A stretch of DNA of 63,994 bases, the filler included, from Octopus bimaculoides (taxonomy: Eukaryota): NCBI RefSeq assembly GCF_001194135.2. It is 7 parts of 7 records of this genome, joined end to end, with 100 filler letters (N's around TTAATTAATTAA, not from the genome) between each part and the next. Parts side by side here need not be neighbours in the genome. Positions count along the whole stretch, not along the records: positions 57,179 to 62,876 come from NC_068982.1; positions 62,977 to 63,994 come from NW_026295377.1; 5 more parts are not named here. One strand, written 5' to 3'. The notes beneath the pieces are model-generated. The model had not been told where the DNA came from. It made no database searches and saw only the letters and a list, made by a program, of their open reading frames with translations. This document shows, piece after piece, positions 60,982 to 63,994 of this stretch. Numbering within the stretch: the stretch's first letter is position 1; each line of letters starts with the position of its first letter. Both the position numbers and the translations under genes were made by a program.

Positions 60982-62433
60982 TACTAGCAAACACACCCGT
61001 CCTTTGGAAGTTGCTTTGGTGGTATTTTTTTCACCAAATACTTGAACTACTGAGAATATTTATGAGTCGCATGGCAATCTATGTTTCTGATTAACCTCGG
61101 GGTGGAAAATCAAATTGAAGGTTGATTATTGTGAAGGTCATTGCACTTTAATGATCACAGAACATATAAGTTTGCAAGCAATGCAAAATGGAGCTACTGA
61201 AGCGTTTTGGGAGTAGATTATGGATAATGACTACAAAATATAGTTGTTTTACATGGAAACAAAATTTCATGTCAGAAACAGCCACATAAATGGTGTAATG
61301 AAATTGAAGGAAGACATTGAAACTTCCTCTCTGCAAGTTTATTTTTTTCAACAGCAAGAGGAGCTATTTTTTCAGAGAGATAAGCCAGCTAAAGCCCCTT
61401 TATTCTGTTTTTCCACATAGCCTGCACATAAACTAACAGTGAATGCTGCATAAAGTTAAACTGGTATGAAGCTTTCTGAAAGATACACATAGCTTTCACT
61501 AGTGGAAGCAAAACTCTTATTTAAAGATTGATTCTTTGGGACGGATCATATGTGATTGTTTAAAAAAAGGTGAGAACAACAATGATAAAATGTATTTGAA
61601 ACAATGGACAATAGTCGAAATATAATTGACTGGTAAATCAGCATCCTTAAAGTGAAACAATGCATTGGTAGGTAAATAAAGGTATCAAAAATAGAAGAGA
61701 GGGGAGGGAACGTCACCTTTCAAGTAACTCAGAATAGGTAAAGGTAAGCTTGCCAAAGTTTAATGTAGTTTAAATATGGAGATTAAGATTGTTTAGTATT
61801 GGATATTCATCGCATACAGTGTTCCTAGTCAATTTAATCACCATGACAGATGGACAGTCGAAATAAATAGACAAAATTCTTTCACTTTCATAAAAAAATT
61901 TAAAAAGTATGGAAGATGCTACATACAAAAGAACTATGTCCATTTAGGTTCATTTACACAGGAGCTCTGGGCGATATGTTCAGTGTATGACCATCCTTGG
62001 AACATAAGTAATGTGTGTGTGTAAAGTTTGGTGAAAATTGGTAGAGAATTGAAGAAATGTATGCGTTCAGTGTTCCTAGTCAATTTAATTACTGTTGCTG
62101 GTGGACAGTGGAAATAGATAGACAAAATCCTTTTACTTTTATAAAAAGATTAAAAAAGTATGGAAAACCCTACAGATTATAAAACAGCTGATTAATACAA
62201 ATGAATAGGAATCATCTATTGTTGCTTTCCCATCGCTCTAGAGGCCCCAATATCGATTTTTTAAAACCTAAGTAGCCTATGTTTGGGTCTGGGATATGAA
62301 TTAGCTGTGTATAAAATTTCAAAGAAATTGAATGAAAGATGTAGGAGTTATTGAGGTACATATAATTTTTGTATACACACACAAACACACACACACAGAA
62401 AACTTCAATTTTATAGATATTAGAATATTAGAT
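60982..62433 (+). mobile_element. Helentron-associated non-autonomous element (HINE/Lep1-like)
   Basis: 5' TACTAGCAAACACACCCG. 3' module AAGTAGCCTATG...AAAATTTCAAAGAAATTG...(CA)n GAAAACTTCAATTTTATAGATATTAG..TAGAT. Internal ~105-bp duplication (61815-61920 / 62070-62172). Confidence 0.6.
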
Positions 62434-62525
62434 ATGTATATCATTTATATATATATATTCATATATATATATTCATATATATATATCATTTATACATATA
62501 TACATATATATATGTATATATATAT

Positions 62526-62707
62526 ATTTGAAGAAAAGCAACAAAAATTCATTAGGTTATAGCAGCATGTACATTTCATACAAACTTCATTTATTTATGT
62601 AGTGGGAACACCACATAAGATGTTGTCTCACTACATAAATAAATGAAGTTTGTATGAAACGTACGTACTGCTATAACCTAATGAATTTCTGTTGCTTTTC
62701 TTCAAAT
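62526..62707. mobile_element. Small foldback (~80-bp arms, 18-nt loop)
   Basis: ATTTGAAGAAAAGCAAC...ATGTAGTGGGA / TCTCACTACAT...GTTGCTTTTCTTCAAAT. Confidence 0.85.
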
Positions 62708-62976
62708 TTTATTCACCAAATCTCTTGATTTTGTTTTTGGTTTTTACCCTACCAAATTCTGATGCCTCAAACATTTTAAGTACCACATTTAATCTTTTGA
62801 TTAAATCTATATTATTATTATGCATATATATATATATATATCCTTTATACATACATATATATATATATATATATATNNNNNNNNNNNNNNNNNNNNNNNN
62901 NNNNNNNNNNNNNNNNNNNNTTAATTAATTAANNNNNNNNNNNNNNNNNNNNNNNNNNNNNNNNNNNNNNNNNNNN

Positions 62977-63597
62977 ATGGAGTCGATGCAGGAATCGGAA
63001 TTCAGAGATCCAAAAATATATCTATTTAGCCTCAACGGCATTATTAGAATGCATTGTAACAAAATTATCAGTACAGTAGTTGACGAAATAAAAGCATGAT
63101 ATTCATCCTTAGAAGAGTTTAAATTCATGGAACTTTTGAATTTCAACAAAGTTGATGAATATTGCAAACAATTTCCTGTGGACACTATAGATTCTTTAAA
63201 AATCACTTATGGCAGATTTTTTGATGTAATTTGATTACAAAGTGAGCTCAATGTGATGTATTCAATGAAAGATTTTAAAAAGCAAAGTGTGAGTCATTTA
63301 ATGAGTTACATTTACAGCAGTAACCTTGTTGAAGCTATGCTGGAACTCTTCAATCTGTGCAAGTTGATTTTGACAATTCCGTCTACCACTGCTTCTGTAG
63401 AGCGATCCTTTTCTGCATTAAATAGAATCAAAACATACCAAAGAAATGCGACAGGAGAAAGAAAACTGTCTGGGTTAGCACTAATGTCAATTGAAAAAGA
63501 TTTATTATAACAATTGATGAAAAGAGAAGATTTCTATGAAAATGTGATAGATATATTTGCCCAGAAAGATCGAAGAATTGAATTAATTTATAAATGA
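62977..63597 (+). pseudogene. hAT transposase C-terminus (dimerisation domain) with in-frame stops
   Basis: LCKLILTIPSTTASVERSFSALNRIKTYQRNATGERKLSGLALMSIEKD...FAQKDRRIELIYK*. The 5' part is lost in the gap. Confidence 0.92.
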
Positions 63598-63994
63598 GGT
63601 AAATAACATTTTAGAACCTTAAAAAAAAATTTAATATGTTAAAGGGCATATATTACAGGTTTTGGTTAGTATTTGTTATAATGTAAGGTTCAACCATCTT
63701 ACATCAGTATTGTTTGGCAGGAGAAATGGTTCGACTTCTTCGTCACGCCTAACCTACATAGGTTTTCCTTTCTATGCTGCTGGGTGTAGTCTATTTACAG
63801 CCGTAAATGTCTTGTTTCAATCTCAGAGATGTTGACTTCTGCCATAACAGTTTTGGGTGGGCTTTTTATAATGTTGAATTTTCACTGTCTTTCATTGTGT
63901 GTATTCATGTATATGCGTGTATTTTCACTGTGTGTGCGTTAGATGTAGTCTTTTAATATACGGAGTTCAGTAAGTCTCAGAACAGTTTGCTTGA

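Noticed and set aside
60555-61024. Identical ~55-bp sequence on both sides of the 60617-60963 gap
   Set aside because: Exact duplicate at facing contig ends; most likely an unmerged overlap.

Overview
Gappy, AT-rich, microsatellite-laden eukaryotic draft assembly. It is most likely a coleoid cephalopod (octopus), judged from the recalled SINE repertoire, TTAGGG repeats and TTAATTAATTAA gap spacers; this was not checked against a database. I found no intact host protein-coding gene, so the window looks intergenic or intronic, with two candidate promoters (~44.3 kb, ~57.8 kb). Nearly all interpretable sequence is mobile DNA: several tRNA-derived SINE families, decayed RTE-clade LINEs, Tc1, mariner and hAT transposase relics, a Helentron-type non-autonomous element, a solo LTR, MITEs with 8-bp TSDs and a 5S rRNA copy. 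Main observations: (1) a head-to-tail tandem of an ORF1-only (gag-like, CCHC) retroelement at 14.8-18.2 kb, inserted at a reproducible site inside a SINE head and sharing its 3' tail with one SINE subfamily; (2) several unrelated Penelope-type ends with minimal type I hammerhead ribozyme cores, repeatedly joined head-to-head into foldbacks, one family with a tRNA-like Pol III head; (3) a full-length 5S copy abutting a SINE-type 3' stem-loop tail; (4) a two-C2H2-finger retro-terminal cassette present twice; (5) one segment copied locally twice from the same breakpoint, once behind (TTAGGG)3. All coordinates were read by eye; repeat ends are approximate unless a TSD or TIR is quoted.
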